Shown here: positions 51,263 to 60,139 of the stretch, in pieces
Position numbering within the stretch: position 1 is the stretch's first letter
Layout of the letters: every line of letters starts with the position of its first letter
Assembly: GCA_963629425.1 (NCBI GenBank)
Contig: CAVGIU010000002.1
Coordinates: 112-64,111 of the forward strand
Source of the DNA: Oscillospiraceae bacterium
GTDB taxonomy: Bacteria > Bacillota > Clostridia > Oscillospirales > Oscillospiraceae
Direction of reading: 5' to 3'
Length of the DNA: 64,000 nucleotides
Position numbers and translations under genes: made by a program
Notes under the pieces: generated by a model
Seen by the model: only the letters and a program-made list of their open reading frames with translations
Database searches by the model: none
Told to the model about the DNA's origin: nothing

Positions 51263-51766
51263 ATGAGAAAAAATAAGATCACAAAGGATACGATACCGGA
51301 AGGCTTCGGCATAGCGCTCGCGCTTGTCGACTTTGTGCCGGTCGTGTTGTTCGGCCTGTGCGCCATACGGGTCGGCAGTCTTTTTCAGAGCGCACTGCTT
51401 ACGGCGGGCGCGGTCATCTGCCTCGTGTCGGGCATTATCAAGGTGCTGTGGAAGCTCATAGCGGCGGCGAGGAAAAAGAACGTTTGGCCGATGTTTTTGC
51501 AGATGCGCATTTTCATGCCGATCGGATTTCTCGCGATGCTGCTTGCTCTGATCGTCGACCGCGCGAATTTAAATGCCGCGGCGATCCTGACCGGACTCAC
51601 CGGTGCGCCGGCCTGTGTGTTTTTCGCTCTCGGTGCGCTCGGTATGATACTTATGTGCGTTTTTGCAATCAGACTCGATTCGGGTGACGCACGCTCAAAC
51701 TGGACAGAGCAGATAACAAATTCGCTTGCACAGCTGTGCTTTTTTATCGCGCTGCTGCTCGTGTGA
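51263..51766 (+). CDS. Polytopic membrane protein of unknown function
   Basis: 167 aa with about five TM helices. Confidence 0.55.
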   Translation: MRKNKITKDTIPEGFGIALALVDFVPVVLFGLCAIRVGSLFQSALLTAGAVICLVSGIIKVLWKLIAAARKKNVWPMFLQMRIFMPIGFLAMLLALIVDRANLNAAAILTGLTGAPACVFFALGALGMILMCVFAIRLDSGDARSNWTEQITNSLAQLCFFIALLLV

Positions 51767-51770
51767 AAAT

Positions 51771-51806
51771 AATTAAAGCCACCCGATGGATGGCTTTAAT
51801 TATTTT
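51771..51806. terminator. Bidirectional terminator
   Basis: AATTAAAGCCAcccgatggaTGGCTTTAATT followed by atttt. Confidence 0.7.
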
Positions 51807-51862
51807 GCAAGTTTTGTAAGTGTCAGCGGGGCCCTCGCGCCGGGCGTATATGAATGTAAGCA

Positions 51863-52888
51863 TCATTCGCCCTCTTCTTTGTAGCCGTTGGGGTTCTTTG
51901 TCTGCCAGTGCCACGAATCGCGGCACATGTCCTCAACGTCATACTGTGCCTCCCAGCCGAGTTCTCGGCGGCTTTTTTCCGGCGAGCAGTAGCACTCGTC
52001 GATATCGCCTGCGCGGCGGCCGACGATCTTATACGGAACGGTCAGGCCGTTTGCCTTTTCAAAGGCGTGAACGAGCTCGAGCACGCTGCATCCCTTGCCG
52101 GTACCGAGGTTGAAGATAAGCTCACCCGTGTGGCCTTCCATGTACGATATCGCCGCGACGTGCCCGCGCGCAAGATCCACAACGTGAATGTAATCGCGCA
52201 CGCCCGTGCCGTCGGGGGTGTTGTAGTCGTCGCCGAAAACGCGCAGGTATTCAAATCTGCCGATGGCCGTCTGCGATATATACGGCATGAGGTTGTTCGG
52301 GATGCCCTTGGGATCCTCGCCGATGAGGCCGCTCGGATGCGCGCCGACGGGGTTAAAATAGCGCAGGAGCGCAACGCTCCACGTTGGGTCTGCCTTGACG
52401 TAGTCGCGCAGTATCTGCTCGCACATGAACTTTGTCCAGCCGTAGGGATTGGTGCACTTGCCGGTTGAGGACGTTTCATACAGCGGCATATCGTTATCCG
52501 AGGAATACACTGTTGCGGATGAGGAGAAGATTATCTTCTTGACACCGTGCGCGCGCATGGCTTCGCACAGGGTTATCGTCGAACCGAGGTTGTTATCGTA
52601 ATACTCCAACGGCTTTTCGACGGATTCGCCGACGGCCTTGAGTCCGGCAAAGTGGATGACGCAGTCGATGCTGTGTGCGGAGAAGATCTCGTCGAGCTTT
52701 TTGCGATCGCGCACGTCGGCCTTATAAAAGGTGAGAGCTCTGCCCGTTATCTCCTCTATGCGCTCCTTGGCCTTTTCACTGCTGTTTACGAGATTGTCTA
52801 TGATGATGACGTCGAAGCCCCTATCGAGCAGCTCCACGCAGGTGTGGCTGCCGATATAGCCCATGCCGCCGGTGACTAAAACTGTCAT
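51863..52888 (-). CDS. galE: UDP-glucose 4-epimerase
   Basis: 341 aa from MTVLVTGGMGYIGSH, with aaaggag 8 nt upstream. SSSATVYS and the YGWTK block (YxxxK). Confidence 0.93.
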   Translation of the reverse strand: MTVLVTGGMGYIGSHTCVELLDRGFDVIIIDNLVNSSEKAKERIEEITGRALTFYKADVRDRKKLDEIFSAHSIDCVIHFAGLKAVGESVEKPLEYYDNNLGSTITLCEAMRAHGVKKIIFSSSATVYSSDNDMPLYETSSTGKCTNPYGWTKFMCEQILRDYVKADPTWSVALLRYFNPVGAHPSGLIGEDPKGIPNNLMPYISQTAIGRFEYLRVFGDDYNTPDGTGVRDYIHVVDLARGHVAAISYMEGHTGELIFNLGTGKGCSVLELVHAFEKANGLTVPYKIVGRRAGDIDECYCSPEKSRRELGWEAQYDVEDMCRDSWHWQTKNPNGYKEEGE

Positions 52889-52966
52889 GATTATCACTCC
52901 TTTGAGTAGATTTTAAAATATGAAGCCGAAAAAGGCAAGCGTATACGCTTGCCTTTTAAAAATATT

Positions 52967-54460
52967 TTATTTTTTGTGATAGAGCTTCTTCGCCTGATAT
53001 TTCGGCTCGTAGGTGATGTTGACGCCGATCTTGGAGAAAAGGTTTTCGTCAACGCGCGAGAGAATGACCGAGGAGTGCGCCTCGCAGCCCCGCAGCTTGC
53101 CGAGCTGATCGATGGCGAGCTCCGCAAGAGGATTGGTAACAGCACATATGGAAAGCGCGATGAGCAGTTCGTCGGTGTGCAGACGCGGATTGTGATTGCC
53201 GAGATGCTCAATCTTGAGATGCTGGATAGGCTCGATGACGCTGGGCGCGATGAGCAGCAGTTCCTTGTTTATGCCTGCAAGCTTCTTGAGCGCGTTCATC
53301 AGGCACGCCGACGATGCGCCGAGCAGGGAGCTCGTTTTACCGGTGACTATCGTCCCGTCGGGCAGCTCTATGCTGACTGCGGGAGCGCCTGTTTCCTCCG
53401 CACGTGCGTTTGCCGCCGCGACGACGGGACGATCGGCAGAGGAAAGACCAATGGAGTTCATGATGAGTTCAATCTTGCGGACCTCCTCGACAGAGCCGAG
53501 ACCCTGGCGCAGCGAGCATGCTGCGGCGTAGTAGCGGCGGATGATCTCCTGCTTGGAGGCATTGCGGCAGGCTTCGTCATTTATGATGCAGTTGCCGGCC
53601 ATGTTGACACCCATGTCCGTGGGGCTTTTGTATGCGCTCTCGCCGTAGATGCGTGTGAGAATGGCATTGAGCACGGGGAAAATTTCAACGTCGCGGTTAT
53701 AGTTGACCGTCGTTTCGCCGTAAGCCTCGAGGTGGAAGGGGTCTATCATGTTCACGTCGTCGAGGTCGGCGGTGGCCGCCTCATAGGCGAGGTTTATCGG
53801 GTGCTTGAGGGGCACATTCCAAATCGGGAAGGTTTCAAATTTCGCATAGCCGGCGTTTATGCCTCGCTCATGCTCATGGTAGAGCTGGCTCAGGCAGGTT
53901 GCCATTTTGCCGCTGCCGGGGCCGGGGGCAGTGACTACGACGAGGCTGCGCTCTGTTTCGATGTAGTCGTTCTTGCCGAAGCCGTCCTCGGAGACAATGA
54001 GCTCAACGTTCGAGGGGTAGTCGGGAATTATGTAATGGCGGTAGACCTTGATGCCGAGGCGCTCGAGGCGTTTTTGGAACAGCTCGGCCGCCGGCTGGCT
54101 GCGATAGTGGGTTATGACTACGCTGCCGACAAAGAGCCCTATACCGCGGAACGCATCAATGAGCCTGAGTGTGTCCTCATCGTAGGTTATGCCGAGGTCG
54201 CCGCGGCGCTTGTTGCGCTCAATATCGTCTGCGGAAATGGCGATGACGATCTCCGCCTCGTCCTTCATTTTAAGCAGCATCTTCACCTTGCTGTCCGGCT
54301 CAAAGCCCGGCAGAACACGCGAGGCGTGGTAGTCGTCGAACAGCTTACCGCCGAACTCGAGGTACAGCTTGCCGCCGAATTTTGCAATTCTCTCTTTTAT
54401 GTTGCGCGACTGCTCGCGCATGTATTTTTCGTTGTCGAAGCCTATCACATTCATAATCAT
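52967..54460 (-). CDS. DUF1846 (UPF0371) family protein
   Basis: 497 aa. GFDNEKYMREQSRNIKERI..GGKLYLEFGGKLFDDYHASRVLPGF is typical of the family. Confidence 0.85.
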   Translation of the reverse strand: MIMNVIGFDNEKYMREQSRNIKERIAKFGGKLYLEFGGKLFDDYHASRVLPGFEPDSKVKMLLKMKDEAEIVIAISADDIERNKRRGDLGITYDEDTLRLIDAFRGIGLFVGSVVITHYRSQPAAELFQKRLERLGIKVYRHYIIPDYPSNVELIVSEDGFGKNDYIETERSLVVVTAPGPGSGKMATCLSQLYHEHERGINAGYAKFETFPIWNVPLKHPINLAYEAATADLDDVNMIDPFHLEAYGETTVNYNRDVEIFPVLNAILTRIYGESAYKSPTDMGVNMAGNCIINDEACRNASKQEIIRRYYAAACSLRQGLGSVEEVRKIELIMNSIGLSSADRPVVAAANARAEETGAPAVSIELPDGTIVTGKTSSLLGASSACLMNALKKLAGINKELLLIAPSVIEPIQHLKIEHLGNHNPRLHTDELLIALSICAVTNPLAELAIDQLGKLRGCEAHSSVILSRVDENLFSKIGVNITYEPKYQAKKLYHKK

Positions 54461-54494
54461 CAGCCCATCCGTTCTGTATTTTTCACAAATAAAA

Positions 54495-54524
54495 ATTATA
54501 TACCGACGGGCAAGCCCTTGTCAA
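54495..54524 (-). promoter_or_regulatory. Candidate sigma-A promoter for the DUF1846 gene (TTGACA-18-TATAAT)
   Basis: On the minus strand: TTGACA (54519-54524) and TATAAT (54495-54500). The -35 overlaps the stop codon of the upstream gene. Confidence 0.45.
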
Positions 54525-54964
54525 ACGCTTTCGCAGAGTTTTTTGCTTAATCGGAATGACAAAGGGGCGACGATGATCATCTGTATCGGCAGAGCGATGG
54601 TGAAGTTGTAGGGCAGGTAGGTGAAAAAGTCCGCTACTGCTTCAGAGCCGTGCAGGCCGGAGGCGAAAACGGAAAACACCGTCATGGCGACGGTCATGAA
54701 TATGACCATGCAGAACCTGAGCGTGAACACCTTGCGCTCCGCGCAGACCGAGCTGACGATGCGGCGTGACAGCGGCGTGCAGATGCAAAGGTCGCATATT
54801 ATGCCTACGAGGAAACCCAACGGCAGACGCTTGAGCGCGATGAGCCAGGACTCCCCGGCGAAGCGCCCGAGGCGCACATCCATGTTCAGAACGGCCATGA
54901 CATAGATCATTATAAAACTCATGATAATACTCAGCAGGATACCCTGCTTTTTGCTTTGCGGCAT
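54521..54964 (-). CDS. Small four-TM membrane protein (DUF2798-like)
   Basis: 147 aa from MPQSKKQGILLS, behind a ggagga RBS. The track N-terminal extension is rejected. Confidence 0.55.
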   Translation of the reverse strand: MPQSKKQGILLSIIMSFIMIYVMAVLNMDVRLGRFAGESWLIALKRLPLGFLVGIICDLCICTPLSRRIVSSVCAERKVFTLRFCMVIFMTVAMTVFSVFASGLHGSEAVADFFTYLPYNFTIALPIQMIIVAPLSFRLSKKLCESV

Positions 54965-54992
54965 ATTTTGTCCTCCATATAGATATAAAAAT

Positions 54993-55050
54993 AAAAAAGA
55001 CAATAAACGCACCCGCCCGTCAGACATTGGGCAGGGAACATTTATTGTCT
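54993..55050 (-). terminator. Long nested hairpin plus T-run upstream of the DUF2798-like gene (second of two tandem terminator-like structures)
   Basis: On the minus strand: AGACAATAAAtgttCCCTGCCCaatgtctgacGGGCGGGtgcgTTTATTGTCTtttttatttttat. Confidence 0.5.
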
Positions 55051-55111
55051 GATATGGATTATATCAAATTCCGCGTCAAAATGTCATGGACATTTTACCT
55101 GATTTTTGATG

Positions 55112-55146
55112 AAAAAATCGAACTGCGCCTATACATTTTTGCGCAG
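55112..55146 (-). terminator. Terminator-like hairpin closing the dpaAB downstream region
   Basis: On the minus strand: CTGCGCaaaaatgtatagGCGCAGttcgatttttt. Confidence 0.5.
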
Positions 55147-55149
55147 ACA

Positions 55150-55375
55150 CGGTATCAAAGCCGCAGAGGAAACCGCGACGAGCAGATAGCCGACAGCGGA
55201 TAGCTGTATGTGTGCGGCCGTGCCGCACGGATTTGAACGGGCAGCCCCACCGGCTCGGACGCTTGCGGCCGAGCCACCTTCCCTTACACAGAGGGCAGGA
55301 GAAGTGCACCGAAGACTGTACCCCAATCATATGGAAGGCGGCAGCCTCATGGTTTTGTCAGCAGAGGCGATACCG
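55150..55375 (-). ncRNA. Candidate structured RNA or repeat element (R2 copy 2) in the dpaB 3' region; class unknown
   Basis: Closing helix CGGTATC (55150-55156) / GATACCG (55369-55375). Internal helices GGCTCGG..CCGAGCC (55252-55275), GTGCGGC..GCCGCAC (55212-55228), and CCGCCTTCC/GGAAGGTGG, which contains a G-U pair only on the minus strand. Shares a 24-nt block with 17102-17125. Confidence 0.3.
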
Positions 55376-55406
55376 GGCAACCGCAATCACCGTATTCGCA
55401 GGTGCC

Positions 55407-55982
55407 TCAATGCGCCGCTAAAAGAGGCTGGATCTGTTCACCGGCGAGGGCGGACCCGAGAGTTTTGTCTATCAGCGAGAAGTCGGAGGCCATGGAGAAT
55501 GGCTTTTTGACGGGATCATCCTGCCTGAATGGGACGAAATAGACGTTTTTGCGGTTTAAAAGCCCCGCAATGTTCGGAGCCGAGCCCGAGAGCGCGTCGT
55601 TTGTCGAAAACGCAATGACGAGGGGCTTTGAATTTCTGAGATGTGCCTTTGCGGCCATGGTAACGGCCGTGTCCGTTATGCCGTGATTTAGCTTCGCCAT
55701 GGTGTTTCCCGTGCATGGGGCTATTATGAGTGCCTCCATGGGTTTTGCCGGGCCTAAAGGCTCTGCCTCGGCGATCGAATGCACGGGCTCTGCGCCGCAC
55801 AGCGATTTAAGACGCGAGATAAAGTCTGCGGATGCGCCGAAGCGGGTGTCGGTCGCCGCAGCAGTCTCGCTCATGATGGGCACAAGCTCATATTTATCGG
55901 CAAGGACGGCAAGCTGCGAAAACAGCTTATCATATGTGCAGTAAGAGCCGCAAAGGGCAATGCCAACGCGCGGTTTAGTCAT
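55407..55982 (-). CDS. dpaB: Dipicolinate synthase subunit B
   Basis: 191 aa, flavoprotein fold. RVGIALCGSYCTYDK and APCTGNTMAKL. Confidence 0.9.
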   Translation of the reverse strand: MTKPRVGIALCGSYCTYDKLFSQLAVLADKYELVPIMSETAAATDTRFGASADFISRLKSLCGAEPVHSIAEAEPLGPAKPMEALIIAPCTGNTMAKLNHGITDTAVTMAAKAHLRNSKPLVIAFSTNDALSGSAPNIAGLLNRKNVYFVPFRQDDPVKKPFSMASDFSLIDKTLGSALAGEQIQPLLAAH

Positions 55983-55995
55983 GATATTACTCCCC

Positions 55996-56832
55996 TTATA
56001 CTTTTAGTATGCCGGAAATGGCGGCGAACATGGCTCGCGCGGCACTCTCGGGTGCGTATCGCCCCGGCAGACCGCGAAGAATGCTAAAGTCGAGCCCCAG
56101 TGCATTTGCGGCATTTTCGTCGATGCCGCCGGGAGCGGACGCAAGCTCGAGCAGAATGCAGCTGTCCTTAAACGCCCGCAGGTCGGGTATTACCTGCGCG
56201 GGAGCTGTGTTTATCACCGCGTCAAAGCCGCCGAGCAACTCGGGCGGACAGTCGGGCGCAAGTGACGTGCAGCCGAGCTCGGCCGCAAGCGACCTCGCCT
56301 CGGAGTTTACCGACATAAGGCACACCGCGGGACACAGCGCAGAAAGCTTATTTATAAGAAGCTTCCCGATACGCCCCCAGCCGACAACGAGCACACGCAT
56401 GTCGCACAGTGCGGTCTTTGTTTTCTTCATCAGCTCGCTCACTGCACCCTCGGCGGTCACAGCGGCGTTTTTGACGGTGAACTCAGGGCAGCGCATGTAG
56501 TCGTGCGTCTTGATGCCGCGCTGCTCGGCCGCGGCTTTTATCTGTGCGCTTATCCTGCCTCCGATGAGCAGGGCTCCGCTTCCGACGCAGTCGAGTATGT
56601 GCTCAACGCGGCAGGGCCGGGTACCTTTTGGCGCGTTCAAAAATCCGCGCACGTCCTCTGCCGGCACGGGCAGAATAACGACCTCGGCCTCAACAGGGGA
56701 GCTTACGCTTACACAGCCATCGGGCAATTCGGCTTTGTCAAGGCAAAAGCACAGCACCTCGTGCCCGTCTTTTCGCAGGAGCCGCGCCAGTATAACGCTG
56801 CGCTCATCGCCGCCGCAAACTAAAATTTTCAT
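55996..56832 (-). CDS. dpaA: Dipicolinate synthase subunit A
   Basis: 278 aa. MKILVCGGDER and the Rossmann motif VLVVGWGRIG. Immediately upstream of dpaB. Confidence 0.88.
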   Translation of the reverse strand: MKILVCGGDERSVILARLLRKDGHEVLCFCLDKAELPDGCVSVSSPVEAEVVILPVPAEDVRGFLNAPKGTRPCRVEHILDCVGSGALLIGGRISAQIKAAAEQRGIKTHDYMRCPEFTVKNAAVTAEGAVSELMKKTKTALCDMRVLVVGWGRIGKLLINKLSALCPAVCLMSVNSEARSLAAELGCTSLAPDCPPELLGGFDAVINTAPAQVIPDLRAFKDSCILLELASAPGGIDENAANALGLDFSILRGLPGRYAPESAARAMFAAISGILKV

Positions 56833-56852
56833 CTTATCACCTCCGGTAATGT

Positions 56853-56879
56853 CATATTATGCGTTGCATTAAATTCGGT
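56853..56879 (-). promoter_or_regulatory. Possible SigK-type promoter for dpaAB (AC-16 nt-CATAATATG)
   Basis: On the minus strand: cAC cgaatttaatgcaacg CATAATATG, about 20 nt upstream of the dpaA RBS. Compared with the consensus AC-16/17-CATAnnnTA. Confidence 0.3.
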
Positions 56880-56920
56880 GAGATGATAAAATAAAAAAAG
56901 TTTTAAATATGAGGTGTGAT

Positions 56921-57751
56921 ATGAGCAGAGCTGACGAGATATTTATAGCAAATTGCAAGGATATATTGACTAACGGCGTATGGGATACCGACCTTGAGGT
57001 GCGCCCCCGCTGGCCCGATGGCGCTCCGGCGCACACGGTGAAAAAATTCGGCATCGTGAACCGCTACGATCTTTCGGAAGAGTTCCCGATACTGACTATA
57101 CGCAGAACATTTTTGAAGTCGGCCATCGACGAGCTTTTGTGGATATGGCAGGCAAAGAGCAACAACGTAAACGAACTGCGCACGCGCGTGTGGGATGCGT
57201 GGGCGGACGAAAACGGCTCCATCGGCAAAGCCTACGGCTATCAGCTCGGCGTTAAAAACCATTATCCCGAGGGCGACATGGATCAGGTAGACAGAGTCAT
57301 TTGGGATCTCAGGCACAATCCCGCCTCGCGCCGTATTATGACCAATATCTATAACCACGCAGATCTCAGTGAGATGGCGCTGTACCCCTGCGCATATTCC
57401 ATGACCTTCAACGTCAGCGGCAACACGCTCAACGCCATACTCAATCAGCGCTCGCAGGATATGCTCACGGCAAATAACTGGAACGTTGTGCAGTACGCGG
57501 TGCTCACGCACATGTTCGCGCAGGTCGCCGGTCTCAAAGCGGGCGAGCTTGTGCACGTCATCGCCGATGCGCACATCTATGACCGCCACGTTCCGGCGAT
57601 AGAGGAGATAATTGCAAATCCGCCCAAGGCCGCGCCGAAGTTTATCATAGACCCGGCGGTGGACGATTTTTATAAGTTTACGCGCGACAGCTTCAAGGTC
57701 GAAAACTACGAATATTCCGAGCTTAAGACCAAGATCCCCGTCGCCGTCTGA
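56921..57751 (+). CDS. thyA: Thymidylate synthase (ThyA)
   Basis: 276 aa from MSRADEIF, with gaggtg 5 nt upstream. RRIMTNIYN, ALYPCAYSMTF (catalytic Cys) and NQRSQDM. Confidence 0.95.
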   Translation: MSRADEIFIANCKDILTNGVWDTDLEVRPRWPDGAPAHTVKKFGIVNRYDLSEEFPILTIRRTFLKSAIDELLWIWQAKSNNVNELRTRVWDAWADENGSIGKAYGYQLGVKNHYPEGDMDQVDRVIWDLRHNPASRRIMTNIYNHADLSEMALYPCAYSMTFNVSGNTLNAILNQRSQDMLTANNWNVVQYAVLTHMFAQVAGLKAGELVHVIADAHIYDRHVPAIEEIIANPPKAAPKFIIDPAVDDFYKFTRDSFKVENYEYSELKTKIPVAV

Positions 57752-57762
57752 AAGGAAAAGCC

Positions 57763-58242
57763 ATGGACGCAATAGTTGCCGTTTATTCCGACTGGGGCAT
57801 AGGGGCCGATGGTACGCAGCCGGTCGTTTTGAAGGCCGACAGGCAGCATTTTGTCGAACTCACGCGCGGCAGGACGGTCATTGTCGGCAGGCGAACCCTT
57901 GCCGATTTCCCCGGCGGCAGACCGCTCAAGGGGCGCAGGAACATCGTCCTGACCCGTCGGGAAATAAGCATCGACGGAGCGGAGATCGCGCACAGCGCAG
58001 CGGAAGCTGCCGAAATATCCGGCGCGGACGCGATCGTCCTCGGCGGACAGAGCGTTTTTCGTGACATGATGCCGTATATCGACCGTGTTTTCGCTACAAA
58101 AATAAATTGCTGCCCTCATTCGGACAGCTTTTTTGAAAACCTCGACAGCTCTGCCGATTGGCGCATCACGGACAAGAGCGAGACGCTGCGCGAGGGAGAT
58201 ATTGAATACAGCTTCATTTGCTATGAAAGGATAAAAAGATGA
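57763..58242 (+). CDS. folA: Dihydrofolate reductase
   Basis: 159 aa. IVAVYSDWGIGADG, VIVGRRT and GGQSVF. Confidence 0.9.
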   Translation: MDAIVAVYSDWGIGADGTQPVVLKADRQHFVELTRGRTVIVGRRTLADFPGGRPLKGRRNIVLTRREISIDGAEIAHSAAEAAEISGADAIVLGGQSVFRDMMPYIDRVFATKINCCPHSDSFFENLDSSADWRITDKSETLREGDIEYSFICYERIKR

Positions 58243-58838
58243 AAAAAAGAATACTCACGGTGATGCTCCTTATGCTGATGCTGCTCTCCGCCTGCGGAGA
58301 GGATACACCGGCGGAGACACCGGAGCCCACGGGAACGATCATCGCCAAGGGGGATAACTTTGTCGTCACGGAAAATCACTCGAGCGGCGTAACAAAATAC
58401 AGCTACACGATAAAGGACCAAGCCGGGAATGAGCTCGAGAGCGCCATCTGCGCAAAGCAGCCGCGCGTCGCCGCCATAAACGACGATCTTCTCGGTGTCC
58501 GGTTCTACGTCAACGATAAGACATTCTGCCGCTATTACGACCTTAAAAACGGCCGCGTTTCCGAATCGTTCTTCAACGCCTTTTGGGATAACGGCAAGCT
58601 CGTTGCCTACCACGATTACGATAACGGCCATCGTATGATGGTGCGCGACATTTTCGACGAAAACGGTTATTATTACAAGCAGGAGCTCGATGTCCAGGCG
58701 CTGTCGATAACCGTCACGGCCTGCGAGCAGAACGAGGAGACGGGCGAGCTCAACGTCACATATACCTACGGCGATACGGAAACGGAGTATGAAACAACCC
58801 TTCCGACAAAGCCTGTTGAGACCGAGGAAACGGAATAA
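58239..58838 (+). CDS. Lipoprotein of unknown function
   Basis: 199 aa. Lipobox MLLLSAC. ATGA overlap with the folA stop. Confidence 0.6.
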   Translation: MKKRILTVMLLMLMLLSACGEDTPAETPEPTGTIIAKGDNFVVTENHSSGVTKYSYTIKDQAGNELESAICAKQPRVAAINDDLLGVRFYVNDKTFCRYYDLKNGRVSESFFNAFWDNGKLVAYHDYDNGHRMMVRDIFDENGYYYKQELDVQALSITVTACEQNEETGELNVTYTYGDTETEYETTLPTKPVETEETE

Positions 58839-58846
58839 GCATAATT

Positions 58847-58880
58847 AAAAATGCAGCAGTCAAATGACTGCTGCATTTTT
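58847..58880. terminator. Bidirectional terminator
   Basis: AAAAATGCAGCAGTCaaatGACTGCTGCATTTTT. Confidence 0.85.
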
Positions 58881-58891
58881 GCGTATCGGTA

Positions 58892-60064
58892 TCAATCCTC
58901 TTTGCTCTTGCCCTGTGCGGCGGTGTAGTCCGCATATGACTGGAAAACGAAGCCCTCGTCGGTGATGAACCGGCTGAAATCGATGCTGTCGTAAAGCTTT
59001 GTATACTTTATCTCGGCGCCGCTTGCCCAGTCGGCGACATCCGCGTCGAACTCAACGGGGGCGGCAAGGTAGGTCAGGGGAACGACCGACTGCTGATAAC
59101 CGTTGGAGTAGGAAACAAGGTCGGTGCCCTTTGTCGGCAGACGCATGATAACGTGATAGCCGAACTGCGACTCGACAACGTCGGAGACCTCATATTCTTC
59201 AAGTGCGCGGCTTGCGTCATCATATTCGGTGACCATGCTGCCCTCTGTGAAGCAGTAGCCCTCGGGGAACTGCGCAAGGCCGGTGTCCTCGCTGTATTCG
59301 TTCATGAGCTCCTTAAAGCGCGTCCAGCGCTCGTTATCATCGGTGATCGCCTTGAGCTCGGCGCACAGCTCCTCTGCCTTGGCCTTCTTTTCGGCCTTCT
59401 GTTCGTCGGAAAGCTCCTGCGAGGTGGAATTGCCGTCTGCATCGGTCACTGTCTCGCTGGTCAGAAACAGAATGTGCGCGGAGGTGATATAGTCGTTTTC
59501 CTCGGCGTAGGCCTGCACCTTTTCGTCGCTGAGCTTGCTGCCCTGATCACCGTAGAGCTCGGTGAAGAGGTTAGTGTACAGATAATTGAGGCGGCAGCGC
59601 TCTCTGTAGCTGTCCTCGGTGTAGCCGTAGGTGGCGAAGAAGGCCTGGAGCTGAGTGTCGGCCTTATCGTCGGAGGTGACGTATTGCTCCTTTATGCTGT
59701 CGATCTGCTCGTCGATGTCGGATTCCTGCTCATCGGTGAGCGTAATGTCGAGCTCATTGGCCTTTTGCTCGACCACGCGGTATCTTGCAACCTGCTGGCC
59801 GGCGCGCTTGAGGCACCAGTCGAGGTTCGTTGTAGTGTCGTCGAACATGAATTTGCCGTCCCAGTCGACGCTCGTTCCGGAATAGCTCTGATACAGATCC
59901 TGCAGCTCACTGACTGCCTGGCTGAGTCCGGCCATGTATTCGTCAAAGCCGACAGCTGTGCCGTTGACGGTCATCACGGTGTCCTCCTTGGCGCTGCCTG
60001 AGCAGCCCGCTGCGCAGCAGCAGAGCATAACGAGCGCAAGTGTCAGTGCGATAAATTTTTTCAT
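58892..60064 (-). CDS. Lipoprotein peptidyl-prolyl isomerase (PrsA/parvulin-type foldase)
   Basis: 390 aa. Lipobox CCAAGC. Parvulin block ITSAHILF ... FGYHVIMRL. Confidence 0.8.
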   Translation of the reverse strand: MKKFIALTLALVMLCCCAAGCSGSAKEDTVMTVNGTAVGFDEYMAGLSQAVSELQDLYQSYSGTSVDWDGKFMFDDTTTNLDWCLKRAGQQVARYRVVEQKANELDITLTDEQESDIDEQIDSIKEQYVTSDDKADTQLQAFFATYGYTEDSYRERCRLNYLYTNLFTELYGDQGSKLSDEKVQAYAEENDYITSAHILFLTSETVTDADGNSTSQELSDEQKAEKKAKAEELCAELKAITDDNERWTRFKELMNEYSEDTGLAQFPEGYCFTEGSMVTEYDDASRALEEYEVSDVVESQFGYHVIMRLPTKGTDLVSYSNGYQQSVVPLTYLAAPVEFDADVADWASGAEIKYTKLYDSIDFSRFITDEGFVFQSYADYTAAQGKSKED

Positions 60065-60139
60065 AACGTAACTCCTGTTGTGTGAAATACGATGTGATTA
60101 TATACGAAAAGCATTAAATAATCTACACTTTTTTGTAAA

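Noticed and set aside
52949-54550. 533-aa ORF antisense to the DUF1846 gene
   Set aside because: Same reasoning. The minus-strand protein matches a known family end to end, and the plus-strand product is low-complexity with no start context.
55147-55406. Tested as tRNA, tmRNA, SRP RNA, RNase P or a cobalamin, glycine or ydaO-type riboswitch
   Set aside because: GTTCAAATCC-like and GGAAGGCGGCAGCC-like strings are present, but the flanking sequences cannot form a T-arm or an SRP helix 8. The P4 (GAGGAAAGTCC), B12-box, glycine (CACCGAAGGGGCAA-type) and ydaO core strings are absent or badly mismatched. It is kept only as an unclassified candidate.
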